Shown here one piece after another: positions 8,805 to 17,560 of a stretch of DNA of 46,847 nucleotides; the stretch's first letter is position 1, and each line of letters starts with the position of its first letter. A model generated the notes under the pieces. The model was not told the DNA's origin and did no database searches. It was given only the letters and a program-made list of their open reading frames with translations. The translations under genes were made by a program, and so were the position numbers. The DNA lies in IMG/VR virus record IMGVR_UViG_2923318301_000001, positions 1 through 46,847 of that record. One strand, 5' to 3'. Source of the stretch: a virus (taxonomy: Duplodnaviria; Heunggongvirae; Uroviricota; Caudoviricetes).

Positions 8805-8880
8805 ATAAAATCTAACTTAACTTAGTTATTATGGCAAGAGAAAACACCAAACTTTTCTTAGTTCGGTGCCTTAGTTAGAG
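8805..8880. promoter_or_regulatory. Putative OL/PL operator-promoter region
   Basis: Repeated CTAA..CTTAG half-site motifs (ctaacttaacttag, cttag x2) matching the motif seen in the cI-cro intergenic region; lies downstream of the cI stop. Confidence 0.4.
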
Positions 8881-8890
8881 AAGAGAGGTC

Positions 8891-9517
8891 TTAGAGTTCG
8901 TATTGAACTCCTTTGACTACACCAATGATAAGGCAATTACCATTGATAGGGATGTTGGGATACCGAGGATTTAATGGCACTAAAAACTTTTGAGGGCCAT
9001 CGATGACTAATTTTTTTACTGTAGCTTCGTTTGTTCCATCAAGTCGAGCGATGACTATTTTTCCATGACGAGGTTCTGCATCTGGATCTACAATCACTGT
9101 TGCGCCTTCTGGTATTGTTGGGAGGCCATTAGGGTTAGTCATGGAGTCACCTTTAACCTCTAATGCAAATGAGTTATCACCAATCTTTAATGATGTATCT
9201 ACCCACTTGTCCACTTCACTAAACACTTCTGCTGCCCTGCACTCAGTAAACTGCCCAGCCTGAACCCACGATATTACAGGAACTCTGCGCATGTTTGTGA
9301 CGAGTTTGCCTTCAAACTCAGCACCATAAAGAATGTAATCTATTGACGTATTGAAGAACTTCGCTAATTTCGAAAGTGCCTCCCCACCAGGGGTATTGAT
9401 GTCTTTCTCCCAGTACCCCACAGCAACGTCGCTTACTCCACAAAATTTACCCAATTCTTTCTGGGACGTTCCGGTAACTCTTCTCAGAGCTTTTATACGC
9501 TGACCAACCGTTTCCAT
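8891..9517 (-). CDS. cI: CI-like prophage repressor (HTH domain plus S24 LexA-type autopeptidase domain)
   Basis: 208 aa; N-terminal XRE-type HTH (QKELGKFCGVSDVAVGYWEK), C-terminal S24 motif GDSM and downstream Lys; divergent from cro. Confidence 0.85.
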   Translation of the reverse strand: METVGQRIKALRRVTGTSQKELGKFCGVSDVAVGYWEKDINTPGGEALSKLAKFFNTSIDYILYGAEFEGKLVTNMRRVPVISWVQAGQFTECRAAEVFSEVDKWVDTSLKIGDNSFALEVKGDSMTNPNGLPTIPEGATVIVDPDAEPRHGKIVIARLDGTNEATVKKLVIDGPQKFLVPLNPRYPNIPINGNCLIIGVVKGVQYEL

Positions 9518-9539
9518 AGGAGCACCATTTCTTGAATTG

Positions 9540-9600
9540 CTAAGTAATCTTAGTTTTTATTGACCAAAGATAGATTTGTAATTAGCATCTAATAAAACTT
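9540..9600. promoter_or_regulatory. Putative OR operators with PR/PRM
   Basis: 14-bp inverted repeat ctaagtaatcttag (9540..9553), attagcatctaat (9581..9593), TTGACC -35-like hexamer at 9559..9564; sits between divergent cI and cro. Confidence 0.45.
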
Positions 9601-9614
9601 AGTTTGGAGGGCGT

Positions 9615-9815
9615 ATGACAACTGACGATATCGAAAGCTACTTCGGCAGTATTGAGAAAGTTGCTGCTTTTTTCGGCATAACAACTGAAGCCGTTTATCA
9701 GTGGCGAAACCGTCCGGGCCAGTTAATTCCAAAAGGACGTGCAGCAGAAGCTGCATATAGAACTTGCGGACGGTTGCCATTTAAACCTGAGCTTTATGAA
9801 AAATCTAATGGATAA
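9615..9815 (+). CDS. cro: Cro-like HTH regulator
   Basis: 66-aa HTH protein divergent from cI; GGAGG ribosome-binding site. Confidence 0.7.
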   Translation: MTTDDIESYFGSIEKVAAFFGITTEAVYQWRNRPGQLIPKGRAAEAAYRTCGRLPFKPELYEKSNG

Positions 9816-10404
9816 ATCGATTAACAGAAACCACAGAACGATGAGGCTAACCGTGGGTAAGCATCACTGGAAAGTAGAAAAACAGCCTGAGTGGTACGTG
9901 AAAGCTGTCAGAAAAACTATCGCAGCGTTGCCGGGTGGTTACGCTGAAGCAGCTGACTGGCTGGATGTAACAGAAAACGCATTATTTAACCGCCTTCGTG
10001 CCGATGGCGATCAGATTTTCCCGCTGGGATGGGCAATGATTTTGCAACGTGCTGGTGGAACTCACTTCATTGCTGACGCTGTGGCGCAGTCTGCAAATGG
10101 CGTCTTTGTGTCTCTTCCTGACGTCGAGGATGTGGACAACGCCGATATTAACCAGCGCCTGCTGGAAGTCATTGAACAGATTGGCAGTTATTCCAGACAG
10201 ATTCGTTCGGCAATCGAAGACGGTGTGGTGGAACCGCATGAGAAGACAGCAATTAACGACGAGCTGTATCTCTCAATTTCGAAGCTGCAGGAGCATGCAG
10301 CACTGGTCTACAAAATCTTTTGCATTTCAGAAAGTAATGACGCCCGCGAGTGTGCAGCTCCGGGCGCCGTGGCGTGTCGTGACTGTGGAGAAACTAACGC
10401 ATGA
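9808..10404 (+). CDS. Hypothetical early regulator (CII-position protein, C-terminal CxxC)
   Basis: 198 aa from ATG at 9808, overlapping the cro stop (ATGGATAA); track start at 9739 rejected because it overlaps cro; family uncertain. Confidence 0.55.
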   Translation: MDKSINRNHRTMRLTVGKHHWKVEKQPEWYVKAVRKTIAALPGGYAEAADWLDVTENALFNRLRADGDQIFPLGWAMILQRAGGTHFIADAVAQSANGVFVSLPDVEDVDNADINQRLLEVIEQIGSYSRQIRSAIEDGVVEPHEKTAINDELYLSISKLQEHAALVYKIFCISESNDARECAAPGAVACRDCGETNA

Positions 10405-10739
10405 ACAGTTTAACAACACACTACCGTCGCTCGCAACTGATTGCGCTTCCTGTACCGGGTGGAAAAGCGAAGGTGGAGTATTGCTATGCAGTAAATGTAC
10501 CAGGTGGCAGGGTAATTGTAACCCACAGCTTTGCAGAGTGGGCTGTGGGTGATTTTAACCGGCAAAAGGAGACAGTCCTTTGCGACAAGTTAACCGCTGG
10601 TTCAAAGATCACTACGGAGTACCCGTCAGAGTCATTCGTTGGGAGCCGGAAACACAACGGGTTATCTACCTCCGCGAAGGCTATGAGCATGAATGCTTCA
10701 GTCCGCTCGAACAGTTTCGTCGTAAATTCAGGGAAATAG
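10401..10739 (+). CDS. Hypothetical protein (uncertain; an alternative 60-codon ORF 10580..10760 in another frame may be the real gene)
   Basis: ATGA overlap with upstream stop supports coupling, but the TTG-initiated ORF at 10580..10760 has a AAGGAG ribosome-binding site and a more protein-like sequence and ends in an ATGA-type overlap with the O-like gene. Confidence 0.35.
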   Translation: MNSLTTHYRRSQLIALPVPGGKAKVEYCYAVNVPGGRVIVTHSFAEWAVGDFNRQKETVLCDKLTAGSKITTEYPSESFVGSRKHNGLSTSAKAMSMNASVRSNSFVVNSGK

Positions 10740-10748
10740 AGGTCGGTC

Positions 10749-11690
10749 ATGAGCACTAAATTAACCGGCTATGTATGGGATGGTTGCGCTGCGTCAGGCA
10801 TGAAATTATCCAGCGTGGCAATTATGGCCCGCCTGGCTGATTTCAGTAATGACGAAGGTGTGTGCTGGCCATCAATTGAAACCATTGCCCGTCAGATTGG
10901 CGCGGGGATGAGTACCGTCAGAACGGCTATCGCACGGCTGGAAGCAGAAGGCTGGTTAACGCGTAAGGCGCGTCGCCAGGGTAACCGCAATGCGTCGAAT
11001 GTTTATCAGCTTAACGTTGCGAAGCTTCAGGCAGCGGCATTTTCTCAACTGTCAGATTCTGACCCGTCAAAATCTGACGCATCAAAATCTGACCCGTCAA
11101 AATTTGATGCGTCGAAATCTGGCAAAAAAGCGGGTTTTCACCCGTCAGAATCTGGCGGGGATCCGTCAGTAAAATCAAAACATGATCCGTCAGATAAAAA
11201 ACCTTCTCGTCCGGACGCTTCGCAACCGGACACGCAGACGGCTGAACAGGATTTTTTAACTCGCCATCCTGATGCGGTTGTATTCAGCCCTAAAAAGCGC
11301 CAGTGGGGGACGCAGGATGATTTGACCTGCGCACAGTGGCTCTGGAAAAAAATCATCGCCCTGTACGAGCAGGCCGCCGAATGTGACGGCGAGGTGGTTC
11401 GTCCCAAAGAACCGAACTGGACAGCCTGGGCAAACGAAATTCGCCTGATGTGTGTGCAGGATGGTCGTACTCACAAACAAATCTGCGAGATGTACAGCCG
11501 CGTCAGCCGCGATCCGTTCTGGTGCCGTAACGTGCTCAGCCCGTCGAAGCTGCGGGAAAAATGGGATGAGCTTTCCCTGCGCTTATCGCCGTCCGTCAGC
11601 ACGTACACAGAAAAACGCGAAGACCCGTACTTCAAAGCCAGTTACGACAACGTGGACTACAGCCAGATCCCGGCAGGATTCAGGGGGTGA
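10749..11690 (+). CDS. Replication initiator, lambda O-like
   Basis: 313 aa; N-terminal winged-helix-like region; internal 5-aa periodic repeat (SDSDPSKSDASKSDPSKFDASKSGKK) encoded by DNA iterons, as in lambda O. Confidence 0.8.
   Translation: MSTKLTGYVWDGCAASGMKLSSVAIMARLADFSNDEGVCWPSIETIARQIGAGMSTVRTAIARLEAEGWLTRKARRQGNRNASNVYQLNVAKLQAAAFSQLSDSDPSKSDASKSDPSKFDASKSGKKAGFHPSESGGDPSVKSKHDPSDKKPSRPDASQPDTQTAEQDFLTRHPDAVVFSPKKRQWGTQDDLTCAQWLWKKIIALYEQAAECDGEVVRPKEPNWTAWANEIRLMCVQDGRTHKQICEMYSRVSRDPFWCRNVLSPSKLREKWDELSLRLSPSVSTYTEKREDPYFKASYDNVDYSQIPAGFRG
11049..11210. repeat. Putative replication origin: tandem ~15-bp iterons inside the O-like gene followed by an A-rich tract
   Basis: Five consecutive units 11064..11123 (ccgtcaaaatctgac, gcatcaaaatctgac, ccgtcaaaatttgat, gcgtcgaaatctggc), with further degenerate copies to 11210 ending in ataaaaaacc. 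Confidence 0.55.
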
Positions 11691-11692
11691 TC

Positions 11693-12181
11693 ATGAGTCT
11701 TTTGAATGAAGTTCAGAAATACATTGAAGCCCATCCGGGGTGTACTTCCGGAGACATTGCGGATGCTTTTGCAGGTTACTCACGGCAGCGCGTTCTGCAG
11801 TCAGCAAGCAAGTTACGTCAGAGTGGGCGTGTGGCTCACCGTTGTGAAGGAGATACACGCAGACATTTCCCACGCCTGACTGAGAGAGCGCAGGAGCCGG
11901 AACCACAACCAGTTCGTGAAACCAGACCTGTGCGCAATTTCTATGTCGGCACTAACGATCCCCGGGTGATTTTGTGCCTGACCCGCCAGGCGGAAGAACT
12001 GGAGTCCAGGGGCTTATACCGTCGTGCTGCAACGGTGTGGATGGCGGCATTCCGTGAAAGCTACTCCCAGCCAGAACGAAACAATTTTCTGGCGCGTCGT
12101 GAACGGTGTTTACGGAAAAGCAGTAAGCGGGCTGCATCAGGTGAAGAGTGGTATCTGTCAGGGAATTACGTGGGGGCTTAA
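11693..12181 (+). CDS. Hypothetical protein in the lambda P position (possibly YfdN-like)
   Basis: 162 aa from ATG at 11693, immediately after the O-like stop; basic, Arg-rich; not obviously a DnaB loader. Confidence 0.55.
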   Translation: MSLLNEVQKYIEAHPGCTSGDIADAFAGYSRQRVLQSASKLRQSGRVAHRCEGDTRRHFPRLTERAQEPEPQPVRETRPVRNFYVGTNDPRVILCLTRQAEELESRGLYRRAATVWMAAFRESYSQPERNNFLARRERCLRKSSKRAASGEEWYLSGNYVGA

Positions 12182-12507
12182 TGACGACGTTAACTCAATG
12201 CCAGCAGCAGGTGCTGGATATGCTGATTTCTTACCAGAAAGAACGTGGCTTCCCGCCAACCAATCAGGAGGTGGCAACCATGCTGGGATACCGTTCGGTG
12301 AATGCAGCGGTGGAGCATCTTCGCGCACTGGAGAAAAAAGGCGTCATCACGATAAAGCGTGGCGTGGCCCGGGGGATAACGCTTCATACCGCGGTGAAGG
12401 ACGACGACAGCGAGGCTGTCGGGATTATCCGCTCACTGCTTGCCGGTGAGGAAAACGCAAGGCTGCGTGCAACCCACTGGCTACATGAGAGAGGCCTGAA
12501 AGTATGA
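12181..12507 (+). CDS. LexA DNA-binding-domain-only protein
   Basis: 108 aa; MTTLTQCQQQVLDMLISYQKERGFPPTNQEVATMLGYRSVNAAVEHLRALEKKGVITIKRGVARGI parallels the LexA N-terminal winged helix; no S24 peptidase domain follows. Confidence 0.65.
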   Translation: MTTLTQCQQQVLDMLISYQKERGFPPTNQEVATMLGYRSVNAAVEHLRALEKKGVITIKRGVARGITLHTAVKDDDSEAVGIIRSLLAGEENARLRATHWLHERGLKV

Positions 12508-12893
12508 AACTGATCCTGCCTTTCCCGCCCAGCGTGAATACGTACTGGCGACACCCTAACAAAGGGGCGTTTGCTGGTAAAAGCCTGATAAGCACGGCGG
12601 GGCGCAAATTCCAGAGCGCGGCGTGCGCAGCAATAGTTGAGCAGTTACGTCGTCTGCCGAAACCAACGTCGGCACCTGCTTCAGTGGAGATCGTGTTGTT
12701 TCCTCCGGATAACCGGATCCGCGATCTGGACAACTATAACAAGGCACTGTTTGACGCCCTGACCCACGCGGGTGTGTGGGAAGACGACAGTCAGGTGAAA
12801 AGAATGCTGGTGGAGTGGGGACCGGTTATCCCGGAAGGGAAGGTCGAGATCACTATCAGTAAGTACGAGAAAACGGCGGGTGCAGCCGCCTGA
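12504..12893 (+). CDS. rusA: Holliday junction resolvase RusA
   Basis: 129 aa; RusA-like motifs (PPSVNTYW, RDLDNYNKALFDAL, VWEDDSQV). Confidence 0.85.
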   Translation: MKLILPFPPSVNTYWRHPNKGAFAGKSLISTAGRKFQSAACAAIVEQLRRLPKPTSAPASVEIVLFPPDNRIRDLDNYNKALFDALTHAGVWEDDSQVKRMLVEWGPVIPEGKVEITISKYEKTAGAAA

Positions 12894-12912
12894 TTAAGAG
12901 GAGAAACGAAGT

Positions 12913-13722
12913 ATGAATAATCTGATGGTCATTGATGGTATTGAAGTTCGTCGTGATGCTTATGGACGTTATAGCCTGAACGATCTGCATCGCGCAGCAG
13001 TAGCATCTGGTGCAAATGCCAGAACCAAGGAGCCAGGAAAGTTTCTTTCCAGCCAACAAACTGTTGAGCTTGTTCATGAATTGACCAACACCCAGAATTT
13101 GGGTGTTGACCCGGTGAGTGTGATTCATGGGGGAAATGAACGGGGAACGTATGTCTGTAAGGAACTGGTGTATGCCTATGCAATGTGGATCAGCCCGTCA
13201 TTCCATCTGAAGGTGATCCGTACTTTCGATATGGTAACCAGCGCACCGGAAAAATTATCCGGGCAGGCTGCTGACAAGATGCAGGCTGGAGTGATTCTGC
13301 TGGACTTTATGCGCAGGGAGTTAAACCTGTCTAACTCATCTGTGCTTGGGGCCTGTCAGAAACTCCAGGAGGCTATTGGCTTACCGAATCTGGCACCGCG
13401 TTATGCCATTGATGCTCCTGCTGACGCGCCTGATGGCTCAAGCCGCCCCACGCTGTCACTGAGTGCACTGCTGAAGCAGTATGGTATCCGCCTGACGGCT
13501 AATCAGGCATATCACCAGATGGCGAAGCTGGGGATCGTCGAACAGCGCGAACGATACAGCCGTACAGCGATTAACAACATCAAAAAATTCTGGTCGCTGA
13601 CAGCGAAAGGCTGCATGTTCGGCAAGAACATCACCAGTCCCGCAAATCCGCGCGAGACGCAGCCGCATTTCTTCGAATCCCGATTCCCTGAGCTGTTAAA
13701 GCTGCTCGATACCGTTCATTGA
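12913..13722 (+). CDS. KilA-N domain protein (antirepressor-like)
   Basis: 269 aa; N-terminal KilA-N-like region (IDGIEVRRDAYGRYSLNDLHRAA...). Confidence 0.7.
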   Translation: MNNLMVIDGIEVRRDAYGRYSLNDLHRAAVASGANARTKEPGKFLSSQQTVELVHELTNTQNLGVDPVSVIHGGNERGTYVCKELVYAYAMWISPSFHLKVIRTFDMVTSAPEKLSGQAADKMQAGVILLDFMRRELNLSNSSVLGACQKLQEAIGLPNLAPRYAIDAPADAPDGSSRPTLSLSALLKQYGIRLTANQAYHQMAKLGIVEQRERYSRTAINNIKKFWSLTAKGCMFGKNITSPANPRETQPHFFESRFPELLKLLDTVH

Positions 13723-13723
13723 G

Positions 13724-14719
13724 GTGACCGTGAGAGCACTACTGACCCCTGAAATTGCCCCGCGTATGGGGATCGTATTGTTCAGGCCAGGTTCAGAGCT
13801 GATGCCCCTGTTTATGCAGGGGCGTGTCCTGCTGGAGCCTGAGCCGGAACGTTATTCATCTTTCGCCAGTGGTGCCGTTCCGGCGGCATCACAACCGCTG
13901 GCGGATGATCCTGCCGTTCGGGCCGTGTTCCGCAATGAGGCAGTGATCCGTCGTGCTGGTGGCGTGGAATGTCTTGAAAGCTGGTTACTTCGTGAAAAAG
14001 GCTGCCAGTGGCCTCATTCCGACTGGCACAGCGAGAACATGACCACAATGCGACACGCTCCGGGTGCAATCCGTCTGTGCTGGCACTGCGATAACCAGCT
14101 GCGCGATCAGTTCACGGAACGGCTGGAATCAATGGCAACGGATAACTGTGCCCGCTGGGTGTTGTCTGTTGTGCGTCGGGATCTCGGTTTTGATGACAGT
14201 CACGTTGTGACAATGCCGGAACTGTGCTGGTGGCTGATTCGTAATGATCTGGCGGATGCCTTACCGGAAAGTGCAGCCCGTAAGGCACTGAGATTACCGA
14301 AGCCTGTTGTGCCGTCTGTTACCCGGGAAAGTGACCTTGTGCCTTCGGTTCCTGCCACCAGCATCATCCAGGATAAGGCGAAAAAGGTGCTGGCGCTGAA
14401 AGTGGATCCGGAGTCGCCGGAGTCTTTTATGTTACGCCCAAAACGTCGCCGCTGGGTTAATGAAAAGTACACGCGCTGGGTTAAGACACAGCCGTGTGCA
14501 TGTTGTGGAAAGCCCGCTGATGATCCCCACCACCTGATAGGTCACGGTCAGGGTGGAATGGGAACAAAAGCGCATGACCTTTTTGTGTTGCCTTTGTGCA
14601 GAAAGCATCACGACGAGCTGCATGCAGATACCGTGGCATTTGAAGAGAAGTATGGCTCCCAACTGGAGCTGATATTTCGTTTTATCGATCGTGTGCTGGC
14701 AATTGGCGTACTGGCCTGA
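13724..14719 (+). CDS. DUF968-type phage protein with HNH-like Cys/His motif
   Basis: 331 aa (GTG start at 13724, or ATG at 13766); C-terminal CACCGKPADDPHHLIGHG...LCRKHHDELH. Confidence 0.7.
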   Translation: MTVRALLTPEIAPRMGIVLFRPGSELMPLFMQGRVLLEPEPERYSSFASGAVPAASQPLADDPAVRAVFRNEAVIRRAGGVECLESWLLREKGCQWPHSDWHSENMTTMRHAPGAIRLCWHCDNQLRDQFTERLESMATDNCARWVLSVVRRDLGFDDSHVVTMPELCWWLIRNDLADALPESAARKALRLPKPVVPSVTRESDLVPSVPATSIIQDKAKKVLALKVDPESPESFMLRPKRRRWVNEKYTRWVKTQPCACCGKPADDPHHLIGHGQGGMGTKAHDLFVLPLCRKHHDELHADTVAFEEKYGSQLELIFRFIDRVLAIGVLA

Positions 14720-14736
14720 TTTTGTGGAGAAAGTTG

Positions 14737-15099
14737 ATGCGTGATATTCAAATGGTTCTGGATCGTTGGGGAGCATGGGCGGCGAGTGATAGTTCAGGAG
14801 TTGACTATTCTCCTATAGCTGCTGGGTTTAAAGGGCTTCTTCCCTATACAAGCAAAACACGTCAGGCTTGTTCAGATAGTGATGCATTAATTCTTGAAGG
14901 TTGTCTTGCTCGTCTAAAGCAAAAAAGGCCGGACGAACATTCGCTTCTTGTTGCCCATTACCTATTCGGTATCTCTAAAAGAAAGCTCGCCAAGGCTCGT
15001 AAAAAGGATGAGAAATTAATACGCATTGAGATACAGATGGCTGAGGGATTTATCGATGGTTGCCTTAGTATGCTCGATATACGTTTAGAATGTGAATAG
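14737..15099 (+). CDS. Late-gene antiterminator Q-like protein
   Basis: 120 aa from ATG at 14737 with GGAG ribosome-binding site (track uses TTG at 14722); sits between the nin-type region and the lysis genes; followed directly by a terminator. Confidence 0.6.
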   Translation: MRDIQMVLDRWGAWAASDSSGVDYSPIAAGFKGLLPYTSKTRQACSDSDALILEGCLARLKQKRPDEHSLLVAHYLFGISKRKLAKARKKDEKLIRIEIQMAEGFIDGCLSMLDIRLECE

Positions 15100-15103
15100 A
15101 TAC

Positions 15104-15134
15104 AACAACGGCTCTTAGAGAGCCGTTGTTTTTA
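15104..15134 (+). terminator. Intrinsic terminator immediately after Q
   Basis: Perfect 11-bp stem acaacggctct / agagccgttgt, loop ttag, then TTTTT. Confidence 0.65.
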
Positions 15135-15303
15135 GAAACTGTTTTTTATGACTGAACCTGTGGTGCAACTTAAAAAGTTACTGTAGCCATTGACGCCATT
15201 GTTGCTTGTTTTTTGAGCAGTGGATGGAATGCTTGCTGGCTTAGGCGCAGCTGTAGTTGTATGCCTGTTAGTATAGACTACAAAGTTACCTGTAGATGAT
15301 TTG

Positions 15304-16299
15304 TTATCCATGTCGAGCCCACCCCTCTGAGATAAGGTTATGATTTATGCCGAACTGACCTGGGACGCCTGGAACTTGCAAACGCTGTAACATCCCCTCA
15401 GTGCGGAATTGATATGAAAACGTGTCTGGAGCCTCTAAAATGCTTCTGACAGATACGTACGATGCCTGGTTAACTGTTCCTAAGATAGCATTTGGGTCAA
15501 AAGGTTCACCCAGATGCATCTCAGTTTTGAAATCTTCATAAATTTCTTTGATCAGACCGTAAAGGTGCTCATCTGGTTTTTCCACCGTAAGACCTAAATC
15601 GTTTACCGCTTCAATCCTATTTATAGTGTAGTCATGGCTACCAGAATCACTACAAAGGAAACTTACAATTTTCTCAATGCTTTCACTATCAGTGAGTTGG
15701 TGAGACAGTAGTTTTCTTGCGAGCATTTGAATCTGCGCTTTAGCTCGATAGACTTTTCCAAGTACCAAGGGATGAACCTTTTCACTTAATGCAAGGAGGA
15801 TCTGTGCAAGTGAGGCATCATCTTTGATACTCAAATCATGCTTAACTACTTCAAGATAGCCATTGATTTCTTCAACACTGACTGGAAGTTGAAGTGGCTG
15901 CCCATTGATTATGACCGAAGGGTTAAGTGGTGTATTCACACTTGGATCGATTGGCCCTAAGGTTGCCTGCTTGGTCATAACCAAGTTGTTCGCGCCAAGG
16001 CACATTATCGTCCCAGAACTATGGCATTTTGATGGGATTATGATTTCGAGTTCTTTACAAAACTGACGAAGCAGGTTTACAAGGCTCCATGCTGTTAAAG
16101 TGTCGCCGCCTCGCGTATAGAGCACGAGGCTAATTTTTTGAACATCACCTATCACATCAAGATGATTGACGAACAGATCGAATACATCAGCGCTGATTTG
16201 AGCTTCTTGGTTTGGTCTATCACCTGTTACATAGCATAATACTTTTGAATTGCGTGCTTGTTCCAGTTGCGCATACAGGGCTTTACGCTGCTCAAACAT
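15304..16299 (-). CDS. ClpP/S49-fold serine protease-like protein, reverse-oriented insertion between Q and the lysis cassette
   Basis: 331 aa; LVLYTRGGDTLTAWSLVN ... SKCHSSGTIMCLGAN ... ATLGPIDPS parallels the ClpP/SppA pattern (INSPGG ... GxASMG ... MIHQP); opposite strand to the flanking late genes. Confidence 0.7.
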   Translation of the reverse strand: MFEQRKALYAQLEQARNSKVLCYVTGDRPNQEAQISADVFDLFVNHLDVIGDVQKISLVLYTRGGDTLTAWSLVNLLRQFCKELEIIIPSKCHSSGTIMCLGANNLVMTKQATLGPIDPSVNTPLNPSVIINGQPLQLPVSVEEINGYLEVVKHDLSIKDDASLAQILLALSEKVHPLVLGKVYRAKAQIQMLARKLLSHQLTDSESIEKIVSFLCSDSGSHDYTINRIEAVNDLGLTVEKPDEHLYGLIKEIYEDFKTEMHLGEPFDPNAILGTVNQASYVSVRSILEAPDTFSYQFRTEGMLQRLQVPGVPGQFGINHNLISEGWARHG

Positions 16300-16753
16300 T
16301 CAGATGTCCTTATGTTAAGAATTTTCAAACCAAGAGGTAACATTCATTCAGAACTTACCACACAAGTGGTTAGATTCTATCGGCAAAAAAAGTCCAAAAA
16401 TTAGCGCATTTACAAAACTCAAAGAGAGCAATGAGATTTTGCAAACGTACAGTGTGGATAACTTATGTGCAAAGTGGCGTTGATTTTACTCATTCGCTTC
16501 AAAAAAACCATAGTTTTCCTCACGCGGTCCGCATTTTATCGTGTAATCTGTTAAGAGTGGTTACTTCGCCACACAGCTTAAACCTGCCGTCGAGCGGGTT
16601 TTGTCATTTCTGGGCCTTGGTATTCGTTGGGCTTGGTCTATCTAGCACTTATCCATTGGCTCGGCTTCTTTTACGTTTCCGCTTCTGGTTTGCGGTTCGT
16701 GGTACTCCCTCAATTTGCACCTCCTGTATCGGCGAGGTGAGAGATAACTACAA

Positions 16754-17080
16754 ATGCCTCATAACCCAAATACCTGGCTGGAGTTGGTCCAGAGCTGGTG
16801 GCGTGGAGACACACCGCTGGGCGCAGTGATTATGTCGATCGTTATGGCTGGCTTGCGCATTGCCTATTTTGGCGGTGGTGGTGGCTGGAAACGAAAAACG
16901 CTCGAGATTTTGCTCTGTGGTGCTCTGACGCTGACTTTTGCATCCGCTCTTGAGTATGTCGGATGGCCTAAATCTCTTTCTGTTGCCATTGGTGGCGGCG
17001 TTGGGCTGATCGGGGTCGATGCTATTCGTGGGGCTGCAATGAGAGTAATCGGTAATAAGTTTGGTGGCTCTAAGGAGTAA
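16754..17080 (+). CDS. Holin
   Basis: 108-aa protein with hydrophobic segments and charged C-terminus, immediately upstream of the endolysin. Confidence 0.7.
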   Translation: MPHNPNTWLELVQSWWRGDTPLGAVIMSIVMAGLRIAYFGGGGGWKRKTLEILLCGALTLTFASALEYVGWPKSLSVAIGGGVGLIGVDAIRGAAMRVIGNKFGGSKE

Positions 17081-17083
17081 TTT

Positions 17084-17560
17084 ATGCAGGTACTAAATTC
17101 CCAGCGTAAAGCTTTCCTGGATATGGTGGCATGGTCAGAAGGAACGGATAACGGGCGACAACCGACACGTAACCACGGTTATGACGTTATTGTCGGTGGC
17201 GAACTCTTCACTGATTACTCCGATCACCCTCGAAAACTTGTCACGCTAAACCCGAAACTCAAATCAACAGCCGCAGGCCGTTATCAACTTCTTTCACGCT
17301 GGTGGGATGCTTACCGCAAGCAGTTAGGGCTGACAGACTTCTCTCCTAAAAGCCAGGACGCTGTTGCATTGCAGCAGATTAAGGAGCGTGGCGCTTTACT
17401 AATGATTGATCGCGGTGACATCCGTCAGGCAATCGACCGTTGCAGCAATATCTGGGCCTCATTGCCGGGCGCTGGTTATGGTCAGTTCGAGCATAAGGCT
17501 GACAGTCTGATTTCAAAATTCAAAGAAGCAGGCGGAACGGTCAGAGAGATTGAGGCATGA
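17084..17560 (+). CDS. R: Endolysin, lambda R-type lytic transglycosylase
   Basis: 158 aa; near-identical to my recollection of lambda R ([56 protein letters not shown]...). Confidence 0.9.
   Translation: MQVLNSQRKAFLDMVAWSEGTDNGRQPTRNHGYDVIVGGELFTDYSDHPRKLVTLNPKLKSTAAGRYQLLSRWWDAYRKQLGLTDFSPKSQDAVALQQIKERGALLMIDRGDIRQAIDRCSNIWASLPGAGYGQFEHKADSLISKFKEAGGTVREIEA

Noticed and set aside
9739-9807. Upstream start (9739) for the CII-position gene, and track start 26962 for V, 27799 for G, 21808 for portal, 45639 for intS, 42821 for the transposase
   Set aside because: Each extension overlaps the preceding gene or a terminator hairpin and lacks a ribosome-binding site; internal starts with proper ribosome-binding sites and homologue-like lengths were preferred. 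The alternatives remain possible.
15135-16753. tRNA genes between Q and the lysis genes, as carried by some lambdoid phages
   Set aside because: No T-loop (GGTTCGANTCC) or cloverleaf-compatible sequence found by eye on either strand.
16431-16829. ORF 16431..16829 (+, 132 aa)
   Set aside because: Runs through the non-coding leader into the holin start in another frame; Cys/Trp/Arg-rich and no ribosome-binding site; most likely spurious.
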